DNA of 64,000 nt from Paragordius varius (lineage: Eukaryota; Animalia; Nematomorpha): contig OZ176054.1 of NCBI GenBank assembly GCA_964247055.1, positions 9,920,001-9,984,000 of the forward strand, in the 5' to 3' direction. The first letter of the stretch is position 1. Every line of letters begins with the position of its first letter. Below are positions 1 to 13,737 of this stretch, piece after piece. Position numbers and translations under genes: made by a program. The notes beneath the pieces were generated by a model. It was not told the origin of the DNA and made no database searches. It worked only from the letters and a program-made list of their open reading frames with translations.

Positions 1-2804
1 TTTTTAGTGCGATGGGCTGGAGTTTATATCATGTATTAACGTTTGCGTTCATACCTTTGTTTTATATTCAAATTTCTCCATTCTTAATTTAGTTTTTATT
101 TTGTAGTATCATCGGTACTATATCATTTTAACTCGTAAAGTTAATTATCCAAATATTTTAAATATATTTAAATAATACTTTCTTGCGCGACTTCCAACGG
201 TCTTATTTTAAGCGCCATCAAAGCATGTGAATAGAGTTTGTTTTTAACCATATCTATTAAGGAAACGTTGGGAGTACGCCAAAATATAGCATACGTTTTT
301 CGATCCATAGGACCATATGTCACATGATCAACAAAGTATGGGGGTCCGTTACCAATATTCAAACCTATGTTTGTTCGATTAATTATTTAATTATCTGAAA
401 AATGATATTAAGGTTTATATAATCCATTTAGTTTTAGGGATTTGTAGGATGTTAGCTTAGAGTCGAGACCTCGATTTTTAATTCTAAATGTTTAAATGCA
501 AAAATCAATGTTTATATTCCATTGTGCGTAGAAGTTGCACATTTTTATTTGTTAAAATGAACTTGTCGTTTTCGGAATAAATGCTATTATTATAAAAATG
601 AATATTAATTCTTTAAAATATTTGGATCAAAATTAAAATCTGGAAAGTTAAAGCATATTTTATGCATTTGGAAAATATTGAAAGCGTTTTGCCCACTTTA
701 ACAAACTGTAACAATTTTTTTGCAATATTTTATGCCGCTCATTTCTATCACGTTAGATTTTTTATTGAAGCATTTGTTTGCCTTCAATCAAAAATAACTT
801 TAAATTGTGTTTTCATGAAATATTTAACATCGCACAGGCAAGCTCCATAATATCAAAAATAACAGAAATGTTCTATAATTAAAAAATTTTGTACTTGTTA
901 CGATATAATAGACCGTTAAAATTTATGTCAAAATTTACTCAAAGTAATCTTTTCCCAAATGTAATCGATTAAATGCAATAATCTAGCATAATTAACTTCT
1001 TACACACCTCGGTGTGTAAATTTTTAACCTAGCCCATATAACCGATAAAAATATGGTACATAATTAAATTTAATATAAATATATTTCATTATTAATTTTA
1101 TAATATCAGCGAAATTTGGTTTAAGAGCATTTAGATTCTGCCAAAACTTTTATTCAAAATAAAATTTGCCATTGGGATGCCACAATTATACTCTTAATCA
1201 TTCCTACGCTCCAAAACCAAAAGCACATGAAAAAACTCATGCATTTCTAATAATATAATCTTTTTTATGAACCGATAGGCAATAGTTTTAGCAAATCGAT
1301 ATTGAAATTACTATACCATTTGTAAAATAGTTAGTAAAAAATAATTTACCTTTGAACATCAAGTATAGATTTAAATACATAAAATTCATTTTTTTTGAAA
1401 ATTTGCGTAGGATAAAAAATTATGAAATGAACACTAATTATAAGGGGTATAAATATTATTTCAAAATCGGTAAAAAACTTAGAGTTAATTTACGTTCATA
1501 CAATTGGCTATATAATTTTATTAAAATAACCCTATCAATAAATATCGCTGGTTAACTTAATGTTTACTTAGAAAATTATATCTTATAAAATTTTCTGACG
1601 AAATTGGATATCAGAACTGTGGATAATATTATAAAAGCAAATTAGATAAATTATGGTATAGTTTTGTTTGTTTTGTAACCTATCGAGCTCAATATTAAAA
1701 TTGTGTCAATATTATCATTAAAAAATCGCAAATTTCGGTCACGTTTCTAAAATAAATCAAGGTTAACTTTTTCGACTAGCTATCGTTTGTTATTTTGAAA
1801 ATATAAATAAATGCAAAATAAAAATATCTTTATTTCCAATTTTTCGGGAGAATTATATTTGTAATATTTATTATTGAATAGTGTATAGCATCTTTAGGTA
1901 GTATTATAAAATTGACTAATTAGCTGATAAAAGCAAATTTAACAAAATTAGAATATATTTGGACCTATCATAACATAAAAACTAATCGAATATTGCAGCA
2001 TTTTTCCCCCTTAGCTCAGGCCAATATCAATATCGCCCATCTACATTGGGTTTTAGCTTCAAGCGTGACAAAATTATTTTATATATAAATAATGAAATTA
2101 AAATACCTTAGAACTTATTAATTAAAAAAATTATTTTAAAAAGAGAATCGAAAAATAAATCGAACATGAACATTCCTAACTTACAATAATAATTAATCAT
2201 TAAAATTGTTTTATATAGCGATTAATCATATAGGTTGATTAATTTTATTAACAATCAGAACTTACGCTTGCTAGATAGCATTATGTATCCATATGCTAAA
2301 TTTTAGGAGTATTTTATAAACTCAGCAAAAGATTTTTTAGCCAATCGTAGTTAGAGAAAGGAAAGCAACATAGGTGAAATTTGGGATTTCTTTTACATTT
2401 TGGGAGACTAAAATTTTATTAAAAAGGCATTAAACTTAATAGTGTTACTTTAGGTAAAATAAAATGCTATCATTATATTAAGATTGTAGATTAAGAATCT
2501 AAAGACGCTCCAATTTTATTTTTTTGATAAAAGGCGCGGGGTATTAATGTTTATGGAGAAGCTTCGAAAAATTGATAAATTTATTTAATATAAGTTTAAA
2601 CAGTTTTTTCATGATATTTAAAAAATTGCATGAATTTAAAACATTAGTGGATCATTTAGTAATGTGTTTTAAATGTTTAAAAGTAAATTTGAATAGGCGA
2701 AGTTTACATGTTCGGGTATTATTACGTTATAGAATTTTGATTAGCGAATAAATAAGAATATTACATACAATTATGTTTATAATTATATGGAAATTTAGTA
2801 TAAC

Positions 2805-3007
2805 CAGATCCAAGAATTCAATTGTAACTTTATTTGATATTTTAAGTTTTTTGCATCCCAATAGTATTATAAATTTGATTTCAAGTGTTGTTCCATGGTT
2901 AATAAAATTATTCCTGAATACCGATAATCAACTGTTTGGCGCCTTAATACGGACCTTCATTTCGTTTATATGGTTTTCGTCATGTGAAAGCCCATCATTC
3001 TTTTTAT
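2805..3007 (-). pseudogene. Candidate degenerate exon of an unknown gene
   Basis: Acceptor ttttag|AT and donor CTG|gt flank a 67-codon frame (xKKNDGLSHDENHINEMKVRIKAPNS*LSVFRNNFINHGTTLEIKF...) with one internal TGA at 2928-2930. No paralog found by eye. The + ORF 2773-3018 is its antisense shadow. Confidence 0.25.
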
Positions 3008-3164
3008 CTAAAATTTGATTGTAAACAAAGAGACACCAATTACACTATGTGGGCAAGGGGGTACATCATGCCCCGGGCGCCGTTAGGGCGCCTTTTTATG
3101 TTTTTTTTTATAACTTTTAATTCAAAATAATAAAAACTTACATGCAGGTATACCATTTTTCATG

Positions 3165-3385
3165 CAAAAACATCATTTTTTCAAGCAAAGGCAACATTTT
3201 TTCAAGCAATTGCAACATTTTTTCAAGCAAAGACAACATTTTTTCAAGCAAACGCAACATTTTTTCAAGCAAACGCAACATTTTTTCAAGCAAATGCAAC
3301 ATTTTTTCAAGCAAATGCAACATTTTTTCATCCAAACGTAACATTTTTTCAACCAAAGACAACATTTTTTCAAGCAAAAACAACA
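3165..3385 (+). repeat. 21-bp minisatellite (about 10 units, CAACATTTTTTCAAGCAAAYG)
   Basis: Visible tandem units. Explains the LEKMLRL / SSKRNIF / LKKCC ORFs. Confidence 0.95.
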
Positions 3386-4394
3386 CTTTTTTAATATTAC
3401 AAAGAATTACTATTTATTGTTAATTATAAATTATTTATTAAATTTTAAGTTAATGTAATTTATTTTTAGCGTTGAATTATGATTTTTATCGTTTTATCAT
3501 CAATATTTGATGGTAAAATTGATTTTCAAACATTTTGAATTTGCCCATAAATTGCCTTATTTATTTATATTAATTATATTTTTCTTTTACAATTTTGGTT
3601 TGGCCTAATCAAATTATTTAATTTGCACTTCAACAGTGTCTTTGAAAGTTTAAAGTTATCCTTCACTTCAAGTTGGTCCTTTGAATTTTTTGTTATGTTT
3701 TTAACTTTCATTAATTAAATCGAAAATAATTTTATTGTTGTTTTTAACCTATTTTCTATTATTTAACATAAATTTTAAATCGATATCAACGTTAAAGCTT
3801 TGAAACCGTATATTTATTTCGTAAAATAATTTTAGATATTTATAACACGAAAAAAAATATATGAGTTTTCTGGGTTATTAAAAAATTTTCATTAAAAACA
3901 TTAAAAGTTAATAATTTTGTTCAATTAAAAAAAATATTTTGAAACAAAAAAAGTGGTTTTTCAATAAAATTTTTTATTTTTAAATGGATAAATATATAAT
4001 AAATAAAGAAAATTAGGTTAATAAATAATAATATTAAAAAATAAATGCAAAAATTAAGGTAAAACAAAATTTATATATTTTAAGGACCAACTTGAAATGT
4101 TCAAGAACCAACTTGAAGTGTTCAAGGACCAACTTGAATTGTTCAAAGACACTCTTGAAGTGCAAATTAAATAATTTGATTAGGCGAAACCAAAATTGTA
4201 AAAGAAAATATAAATAAATAAGGCAATTTCAGGGCAAAATCAAAATGTTTTAAAATCAATTTTACCATCAAATATTGATGATAAAACGATAAAAATCCTA
4301 ATTCAACGCTAAAAATATATTACATTAACTTAAAATTTAATAAATAATTTATAATTAACAATAAATAGTAATTCTTTGTAATATTTAAAAAAGT

Positions 4395-4600
4395 GTTGTT
4401 TTTGCTTGAAAAAATGTTGTCTTTGGTTGAAAAAATGTTGCGTTTGGATGAAAAAATGTTGTATTTGGTTGAAAAAATGTTGCGTTTGCTTGAAAAAATG
4501 TTGCGTTTGCTTGAAAAAATGTTGTCTTTGCTTGAAAAAATGTTGCATTTGCTTGAAAAAATGTTGCGTTTGCTTGAAAAAATGATGTTTTTGCATGAAA
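4395..4600 (-). repeat. Inverted copy of the same 21-bp minisatellite
   Basis: Units TTGCTTGAAAAAATGTTGCGT are the reverse complement of the 3165-3385 array. Confidence 0.95.
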
Positions 4601-7167
4601 AATGGTATATTCCTTCAAATATGTGCAAAAGGGCCGCTTATTTAGTTTTTTTATTAATTTATTTTTTGGTTTAATCTCTAAATAATATAAACAATATACA
4701 AATGAGATCAATAAATATTATGCAAAAAATAACTTTGTATTCCCTTCAAACATGTGCAAATTTTTTTTTGCTAAAAAAACTTTTCTTTCGATTATATTTT
4801 TAATTTTTTTGCTGCCTTTAATTGAATGAATTTAACTCTTGTCTCTGTTCGAACTTAGCATTTATCTATTATTTTGTTTTTATTCTAATTATATTTAATT
4901 TCAAATTAACACCTAAATTTTTATTTAAATCTCCAAAATCATTCCATATCTAACATTGTAACTTTTTATTATCTATATAGCTTTGTATTTTTATATTTAC
5001 TTTTATTGTCATCAGATATCAATGCCTAAATCAGCGGTTACGTAAATAGGAGGCTAAAACATGAAGTGATAAAACAGCTAAATTGAGAATACTATAAAAT
5101 AAAAATTTGCGACACGAACATAACGGTACCCCTTAATTACAATTATTTAATATACCTGAAACCCTAGTTATTAATCCAATAAATAGGGATGACAAAATTA
5201 CAACACCCTCAATAATTTAGCTATCTTATTAAGTTTAGGGATATCGCCCTTTTAAATTTTACTAATATTTATATTCCCATAACATCAATTTGCACAGAAA
5301 TGATTTGGAATATGACAAAATAAGATTCTTTGAAACAATAAATTATGGTTCAGTGCCCCATTGTTTTTTCAGGCCGGTATGAAAGATAGATTTTTAGTTT
5401 TAATATCTTGACTTTTACATAAATAAGAAACAGATCTTCTTAATGTTTTTGTCGCCTACCTTTCAGTGATCTCAACTTTCATCGTTCATTAATAAATGGA
5501 TGAAAAAAGAATTAATATTATCAATTATTCTAAAACAGGTCACTAACATCTTGTTTAACTACGGTGACTACTATTTAAATTTCTAGACACAGCTGACAAA
5601 TATTTCTCTTTGATTTTTTTATAATTTAAGCGCCCAAAATTTGACCCAACATCACAGCTGCATTATTAATCCATATGATAACTTATATTATCGCATAAGG
5701 AATTTATTATTTTTTTACATTGCATAATTATATAATTAAAAAAACCATGATTTTATAAAAGTTTTTTTAACATAATTAATTAACACTACAATTCAATTAT
5801 TTTGGATATTGGGGAAAAAATTAAGTTGTTAAATGTTCCTATAAAACTCTCCCAGTATTAGATCATGAGCTACAATATTAATTATAAAAGATATATAGGA
5901 TGTTGTTGGAATCTAAATGCGTTAGACTATCCTCGAATTTATGTAAAAATTTCAGCCATCAATTATCAAATAGTTGAGCTTCTAGAGCTGAATTAATTAC
6001 TGTTTTATTTATCAATATTGTCTTTGCCTCTTTCCTATTAGTAAAATCTCATTTATATCTTATTATTTTAGGGATTAAATAAACTGCTTAACATACTGTC
6101 ATAAAATTGATTTCCGTTATCTGCAGTAATTCACCTTGATTTACAATTATTTTAAATCTCATTGTTATTTACCATTATAAATTCAAATCAATATGCATAA
6201 AAATCATTTTTATATATAAATTTACTTATTATCTAACTATGGTGAGAGGTTGCAACGTTTGGATTTTTTTCGAAAAAAATGTTTTTTAAAGGAGGAAGGG
6301 GGGAAGGCGCCATGCCCCGGGCCCCGCAAATGCTCGGTACGCCATTGCAGACAATAAATTAAATTCCAATTTGGCTAAATCTAAATGACCAATAATACTT
6401 TTGTTTAATGTTTTATCACCTCTCCGAAACACAATGATCGTCTTTGATTATGTCAGAAAACATAAAGCCTTTTTTGTAATAAATATTATAATTTTAGGCT
6501 TTTGAAGTCCGCAAAATACTTTCCCTGAAATTATAATTGGCGTTTTCACTAGGATAAAATATTTTGGTGTCATTTGTTATTAATATAACTATATAGACAT
6601 AGCAAACCAAATGTTTTACAAATTTACTAAGAAAACTTTCCTTGTATGAAGATTAAAGGGCATAATAGCGGTTGACATTATATGAGTAACTATATATTGT
6701 TACAAGAAGAAGTAAAAAAAACTTTAGGAAATTTTTTTTATGGGCTATCTGCAATGAAAAATAACGTTCATTTTATATTGTATCTAACATTATTTTTATG
6801 ATAAAACTTGTATTCTCTATATTACTTGACAGCCGACTTATGGATTATGATGTTTCATGAAATGGAAAACTGTATATATTATATTTATATAGTCGTTTGA
6901 TATCAATAGATTTATACCAATTAGTCACCAAATATTTTTGTTAACACTAGAACTAGAATGGTGTTGACAAAAAACTGACAGTACACATGATATTTTTATA
7001 TAAAAACGATCATTTTGATTTAAATGGTTTTTGTTTTGTTTCAATTGAGGCTAAACCCAGATGCATATTTACACAAACCGCTTGTATTTATGTGTTGAAA
7101 TTGCCATCGCTTTTTGTGTTAAAATAATAAGCACTGAAGCGTAATAGAACATCGAGAATTATTTGCT

Positions 7168-7800
7168 TTAGCTTTTATAAAAATTGAACTGTGGGATAGG
7201 TCTCCCAGAAAAAATTACATCAATACCATTTTTATCCATTTGGTCAAAACTAAAGTCAGACATTATTGAAAGCCTGGCTGTGACCTCAGTAAAAATAAAT
7301 GAATTAATATTTAATTTAGAAAATGCGTTGATAATGTTAGTTACGTATATTTTTGTCTATTTGAAATAATTAGCTGGTTCAAATAGCGCCTAGGCAATCG
7401 AAATTTTACTAATGATTTTAGTTTCATGCTTTTTTCAAATTAATTCTTTTTTGCCATTAGGATTAATTTTCATGTAGATAATCTTTTATTTAACTAAAAA
7501 AAAATATTTTTATGTACGGCTGGTTGGGGGAGCGTATTTATATTATGGAACCTTTCTTTTTTCCGCCATTGTTACATTACGGGTTTCATCTAACATATTC
7601 GCCCTAGATGCCTGCACAAGGCCATTTAGATAAATAAACTTAAGTGTCTAATATATGAAATGTAATTTATATGGCTTAAAATTGCACAAAAAACCTGAAA
7701 AAAATTGGTTAAATATTGACATATCAAACCTTTGGTATCATACTCCTAGTGCAGTATATTTTACAAATTTCATCGTCCTTGATCTAATTTTTATTATACT
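7168..7800 (-). pseudogene. Degenerate paralog of the middle exons at 54194-54997
   Basis: Minus-strand translations: V*YQRFD (vs VSYNLFD), NMLDET...PNQPYIKIF (vs NMLKDET...PTNQYHIF), SDFSFDQ...RPIPQFNFY (vs NDITFED...KPKPNIGNFY). Same order as the 54-55 kb exons, with internal stops. Confidence 0.35.
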
Positions 7801-9866
7801 AATAATATTATCGGTATTATATCATGTTAAATCATAAAAAATATAAATTACCTAGGTACAAGTTTCATATTGTTAAAATAAGAGTTAATAATTTTTCGTT
7901 CGACTTCTCACAGTCGTATTTAAACACCATCAAATGAATAGAGTTTTATATTTTGATCATATCGATTCAAAAAAGCCATATAGCATAAAATGCTAATCGA
8001 TAGGATCCTATGTCAGATGATCAATAAAGGGGGTCCGTTAATAATATGAAGACCAAATAGGTTACATATTGGGTTTGCATATTATTATACGTAATATAAA
8101 TATCCCAATAAATTTTGCAATATATAGATGTTTATTAAGTTTTTCATAGATTAAGTTAGTACTTGATGTTTATTCGAATAATTATTATACTAAACATTTT
8201 GTAATTTTTTGTATATATTATAAGTATTTTGAAAGTTTTATCATGTTCCTCAAATTAAAGTTTTTTGGATTTTCGAAAGTTGCACACTAAAACCTGTTAA
8301 AATAGGTTTGTTTAGAAAATAAATGTTAAAGGCGAAATTGAGTAGAGTGTCTTCTTTATACAACAAAATATATTTTAAATAAAAAAATAAATTAAATTGA
8401 TTAAAGGTTTTGTATTAAACAATTTATTAGCTAACTCTATAAATATTTAAGCTAAGTATCAGTCGGCAAAAAATAATTTACTTTTAACGAGAGTTAGTTG
8501 ATTAAGTAAATTTATGGCAAATGTGCGTTGATAAAAATGAATCCGTAACATAAGGTATATTAATACTATTAAAAATTCGATAAAAATATACAATAAATAG
8601 ACTATATATGTTGGTCAATATAATTGCCAATCTAAATATAGATTAAGTCGTGTAAATTTTACGGCTAAAATGTAAAAAAAATATCTGTATTAATAACTTA
8701 TAGATAAATTAAATAATTGATGTTATTATAAAAGTTTATTACATCAATGATAATTAAAATTTCAGTCCGTTTCTTAAAAATTACTTCCAGAGAGTGGCGA
8801 AACTACGGGGAGCTAGGGGAAGTAGTACGGGGGGCTTAAGGCAAAACAGGGGCCCTTTTTATTATTTATACTAAATTTGAGACCCTTTTTTAGTTTGCGG
8901 GGGGCCCAAAATTTATTACCTTTTTTATTATACAGATATGTAAGTAATGGCCTGATTTCAATTATACTGGCAAAAAAGAAAGAGAATCATTATTGATTGA
9001 AAGGAAGAAAAAGGGAAAAAATGCATTTTTTCACTATCTCAATAACCGGTTTTATTATAAGCTAATTGATATACACCTTTAAATTCTCCAGTTAACACCT
9101 TAAAAAGTGAAAAAAGTTTAAAAATAAATAAATTAGTATAGATAGTTGACACCAAAAATTAAGTTTTTCAAGTTCTAAATTATTTTGTTATTAAAAATTT
9201 AGTTTTATAGTTTTATGAGAATTCAAATTTTGACAGATGTAATAATTTTGCCTCTGTTAATAAAATAATTACAAATTAAATCTCATTTGCAATAATGTAT
9301 TAATATACCTTTCATAAAAATACATTTCCTTTTTTAATGTAGTGTGAAATACAATTTACATATTTTAATTTTTATGAGGAAATTGGATGAAAATTTTAAT
9401 ATTGAGGTTAGGAAAAAAGAGCAAAAAATGCATTTCTTTCACTATATTAAATTAGCCATAATGATTTGTTCCTTTATTTATTTCTGGCAGTTTTAATAGT
9501 GAAAAAAAGGAGGGATTAAGAAAAACATTCATCATAATATTCTCTAACAAGTAATCTCAATTTATTTGTTTTGATTATATAATATGCAATTTGCAGGCCA
9601 ACTCACATTAATGTTGGCCAATTCATATTACAAGTTTGAGAAATAACAAAATTTTGTAAAAAATGTTTTTCAGTGTATACATCGTGAATGAAATTCAAAT
9701 TTTTTAGAATGATTGTTATTTCACATTCTTTACTGTAAAGTGCCAACATTTGTTGGCTGGTATACATTAATGTGCATTAGTTTTCTAATGTTTTAACCTT
9801 TCGCATGTTATATTCAAATTTATTTTTAGTTCTAAAACATATTTTCGATATTACCACACACTAAAA

Positions 9867-10464
9867 CATGGGTCAGCAATTTTTTTCCGCGGGCTTTATC
9901 AAAATTTAAAAATCTTAGCGGTCCGCACATTCATATTCCATTTAATTATTACATTTATATATATTTTTCCGGCCTTCGAACCGGAACCTGGCTCCTGTTT
10001 TAGGAACCGATTCCTGTTTCATTTTTAATTAGAGCCCTGTTCTAGCCCACTTTAATGGGACCGGTTCGAAGCCCCCTTATTATAATTTTAAAAAGCCATA
10101 TTACCATAAAAAATATTTTATTATTCTGATTAAAGAGCTCTCAAATTTAAATCCGAATTCCGAAAATATAACTTTTAGCAATTAGTTTATATTTAAGAAG
10201 TTTCCCCGCTGCTATTCCTAGGTAGGATGCGCTTATGTTGAAAATGTTTATATGAAGAACGAATATAAGAGCCTGCAGCAGACGAGCGAAACAGAGAAAG
10301 CTTCACAAACAAGCTGTCCCTTCATGAATTAGTTAAGTCTTCATAGTAAAATAGGTTTATAATTATGCCCATGTTACTGAAAACACGTCATGGTTTATGT
10401 TTAATCATTTTAAAAATGGTCACTACCTTGGGGGCCGCACAAATGGAAAGGTTGCCGACCTCTA
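9867..10464. mobile_element. hAT-type MITE nested in the large hAT element
   Basis: TIRs CATGGGTCAGCAA / rc TAGAGGTCGGCAA. 8-bp TSD CACTAAAA / AACTAAAA. GCGGNCCGC subterminal motifs. Confidence 0.7.
9969..10076. mobile_element. Short MITE of the CAGGGCTTCGAA family (GAACC-rich interior)
   Basis: Inverted ends CCGGCCTTCGAACCGG...CCGGTTCGAAGCCCCC. A related copy lies at 30614-30748. Confidence 0.55.
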
Positions 10465-10699
10465 AACTAAAAGATTTTGGAGATTCGCATGTTTTTACAA
10501 ATATCGCATAGTTGTAAAAAAATTTATTACAAAATATTTAATTCTAAATAATTGTTTTTTTGTGCCAAACTTAAGCGGCAAAAACGAAAAGAGCGAAGGA
10601 AAACGCAATAAGCGTTTCAAAAATGAAAAAAATGACAGATGTTTTATAACCCATTTCAACAAATGTGACCTTTGATGCTAACTCGGAGAAACAAAAAAC

Positions 10700-12880
10700 A
10701 GTTCAGCAATGGTGTAGATAGTTCGAGTCATACTATTGAACCTAGCCATCATGCTAGCTCTAGATCAAATGAGAAAACGGTAGTGATTATCAACGAAAGT
10801 GTAGATTGGATAGTTTGTCATATAATGTTTTAACGTAGTTAAAGTCGTTTGATTTCAGAGAGTTCCGATATGGGTAATTATATAAATATAGAGTTATAAA
10901 ATGAAGAAAAACAAATTCTGACTAATTCAATCGTCACCAGATCCTTTTAAAAGAGATCCTTTTCAAGAAAATCGTTGTTCAGAAACTTTTTACAAAAAGA
11001 ACACTAAATCTGGGCTTGTAAAAAGATCATGGATATGTTACAGCATAATTTTGGACAGCCTATTGTGAACCGTGCTGGCTGTTCTCCAATGACGGTAAGG
11101 ATATTTGGAGAAAAGGTGTAAGGAATTGGAAAGCGCATCCAAAATTATACAGAAGAAAGTAAATATTACATGGACTGCTGCTCTATTTATAATAAATGGA
11201 AAGAGTATAAAACGATGCGACTACTTACAAAACGAAACAAATATTTGGGTTAATGTATTAGAAAGATTATTCAGCATAACATTATATTTATCAAAAAAAT
11301 TCCCTGTTTTTCGAGGTCATCATGAAACCTTTGATAACAACTATAAATGGTAATTTTTAAAGTCAGGCTCAACTTTTAGCAAAACATAATAGTATAATAA
11401 AGCAAGTTTTGGATATGCCTAAGGGCATTAAATATTTGTGTCCATTAATACAAGAGGAAATTATAGACTGCATTACAACATTTGAGAGATGTAATTATAT
11501 CTGAAATAAAAGAGGCGACTTTTTACAATCTCATTTTAGACAATACTCAGGATATAGCAAAAAAGATTAATTAAGTAAAATATTTTGATTTGACTTATTA
11601 AGGAAAATGGCATGGCAAAAAAAGGATAAGAAAGTTTTTTCAGGATTTAGAGAAATTGATAAACGTTCAGCATATGAGTTATATGGAATAATAAAAAAAT
11701 CTTTGATATATATCATTAGATAAGTTTAGAGGCCAAGGTAATGATGGAGCCAGTGTTATGAGCGGAACCAATGGATTACAATCCCTTTTGATAAAGGATT
11801 GGCCCCAGGCATTTTATGTTCATCGCACCGCTCAGAATCTAAATTTAATTATAAATGATTCTATAAAATCTTGTAGAGAAGGATCCGATTTTTTAGCAAC
11901 TCTGGAGGCAATATACATTTTTTTACAGTATAAAAAGATGGGACCTTTTGAGAATTACTACTCAGGAATCTGAAATAAGTTTGAAAAATTAAATTTCACT
12001 CGTTGGGCTGGAAGGTATACTTTATCTTTTATCAATAAAATATTCTTATTTTGATATTTACCAATATAACATTAACCTAAGAAAAATGAGCGGGAAGAAG
12101 CTTCTATGTTAATACAAAAAATAAGTAAATTTGAATTTATATGTCTTTGCATATTTTATATCATATATTAGATAAAGTACATATAAAACATTACAATCAA
12201 ATGATATTGACCTAATAAAAGCAAAAACAGAGATTGAAAATTTAAATATAAACTTATTAAAATATAGAAGTGACTATATAACCGCAAAAAAGATGCCATG
12301 GAAATGGCTTAAAATGGGGCATTAAATCTGTTTTTAGTGATAAGAGACATAAAATTATTAATATACATATTAATGAACGATGACCATAGACTTTCTAATT
12401 TAAATGATAAGTTTAGAGTGAATTTTTCAATAAAATTTTAGATATTGTAATTTTTCAATTAAAAAACAGATTCGGCAGTTTTTATAGCGTAGCGGATATG
12501 TTTTCATTTCTTCCATCAAAGTTAACTAAAATGAGTGAAGTAGAACTTATCAATTCAGCTAAAAATTTAATAATTAATTATCCACGATTGAGTGAATATT
12601 TTCCGATTCATATAGTGTCAGTTTCTGATTCGCTTAAGGATGAGATCGTTCAAATTAACAATGCCAGACAATTTGCAGAGCGAATAATTATTAAGTATCC
12701 AACAGCTTCAGCCAGTTGTGATGAAGTGATAACAGCATTATTATTGTTTTTGACTTTATACTGCTACAGCGGATTCATTTTTAAAAGTTAAATTAAAAAT
12801 TATATTAGAAGCACGATGGCTGAAAAAAGGTTGAGCAATTCATAGTTACTTGAAGCGGAGATGGCGGATAAAATGAAACA
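10700..12880 (+). pseudogene. hAT transposase relic (ZMYM1-like / DUF4371 + dimerisation domain type)
   Basis: Fragments across broken frames: KGVRNWK, FPVFRGHHE, YLCPLIQEE, ILDNTQDI, RGQGNDGASVMSG...AFYVHRTAQNLNL, EVITALLLFLT. Many stops and frameshifts. Confidence 0.9.
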
Positions 12881-13552
12881 AAATTTTAAAACATGATTAT
12901 CTGATTAATTCATGCTCCTAATAAGATATTTAATTATTTAAAACTTTAAAGATAAACGTTATGTTTAAATAATTGGCGGTATTTTGGGTGGGCGGGTGGG
13001 TACTAACCATTATATATAAAAATATCAGGAACGCAAAACTTTTAGACTCAGGATGCCAAGTCATGTAAATATTATCATTTTTTAATATAATATTTCTTTA
13101 CTAATCTAAGTGATGCGCCAGGTGAGAAGATAACTGCAAACGATTTTTTTTGGGGGGGAGGGGGGCAGTATTTTTTACTTGATGGGAGGCTTACAATTTA
13201 TAGTTCCGCCCTTGCTTCCAAAATGGCGCTCATATAGAAATAAAACTAAATAATGATCCTATGTTTTATTTGAGGTATTTCTTATATTTATAACGTTTTG
13301 CATCATAAACTTAGATTAGCATATAGTGTTGAAAATTCACATTCGTAATTAACCCTTAAATATTCTTTATTGAATCAATATCTATTATAAATATTTATTA
13401 GAGAATATCAAAAATATTTTATTCAATCAAATCAAGTGATTACCATCGAATTTTCGCATTCAAGTGGTGGTATTAAACCGACCCATTATAAAATATATAA
13501 TACGACTAAAAGGTATAATAAAAATAAAAAATTATATTTAAAGATGAAAAAA

Positions 13553-13737
13553 TTATTCGTCATCTTCTCTCCGCGGTTCATTAGTGTAAGAGGCATCGTC
13601 CACAGAGGAAGGCGAAGCAAAAGACCCAGATGGATGCTGAGCATGTGCGGCCAATAAATTTTGACTACCTCCTAACAATAAGCCTTGGGGTGAATCGGAA
13701 TCAGATCTTTGGCTAAAGGTGGGTGAAAGCGGTAAAT
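13553..13737 (-). CDS. Terminal coding exon, copy P1 of unknown gene (DLPLSPTFSQRSDSDSPQG...NEPRREDDE*)
   Basis: tttag|AT phase-1 acceptor, 60 sense codons plus TAA. Clear paralog at 37219-37406 with the same acceptor phase and stop, and many synonymous differences. Confidence 0.8.

Larger units (their letters stand above)
3153..4605. mobile_element. Foldback-type non-autonomous DNA transposon with long inverted arms, TA-flanked
   Basis: Arms ~3153-3690 and ~4080-4605 are reverse complements. Termini are TA|CCATTTTTCATGC...GCATGAAAAATGG|TA. Both arms carry the same 21-bp array and GGACCAACTTGAA sub-repeats. Confidence 0.85.
8792..13214 (+). mobile_element. Full-length but decayed hAT DNA transposon
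   Basis: Degenerate TIRs (GAGTGGCGAAACTA vs rc CAAGGGCGGAACTA). 8-bp TSD CTTCCAGA (8784-8791) / CTTCCAAA (13215-13222). Internal transposase relic. Confidence 0.8.

Noticed and set aside
1000-1032. 8-bp hairpin TTACACAC-CTCG-GTGTGTAA followed by CTAG, a possible Helitron 3' end
   Set aside because: The base after CTAG is C not T, the stem is not GC-rich, and no 5' end or second copy was identified.
3165-4600. CRISPR-like array
   Set aside because: Head-to-tail repeats without unique spacers, no cas genes, eukaryotic context.
3138-4711. ORFs with LEKMLRL, SSKRNIF, LKKCC and HFFKQ heptads that look like coiled-coil or Cys-rich proteins
   Set aside because: They are translations of a 21-bp minisatellite, open in several frames on both strands, within a foldback element.
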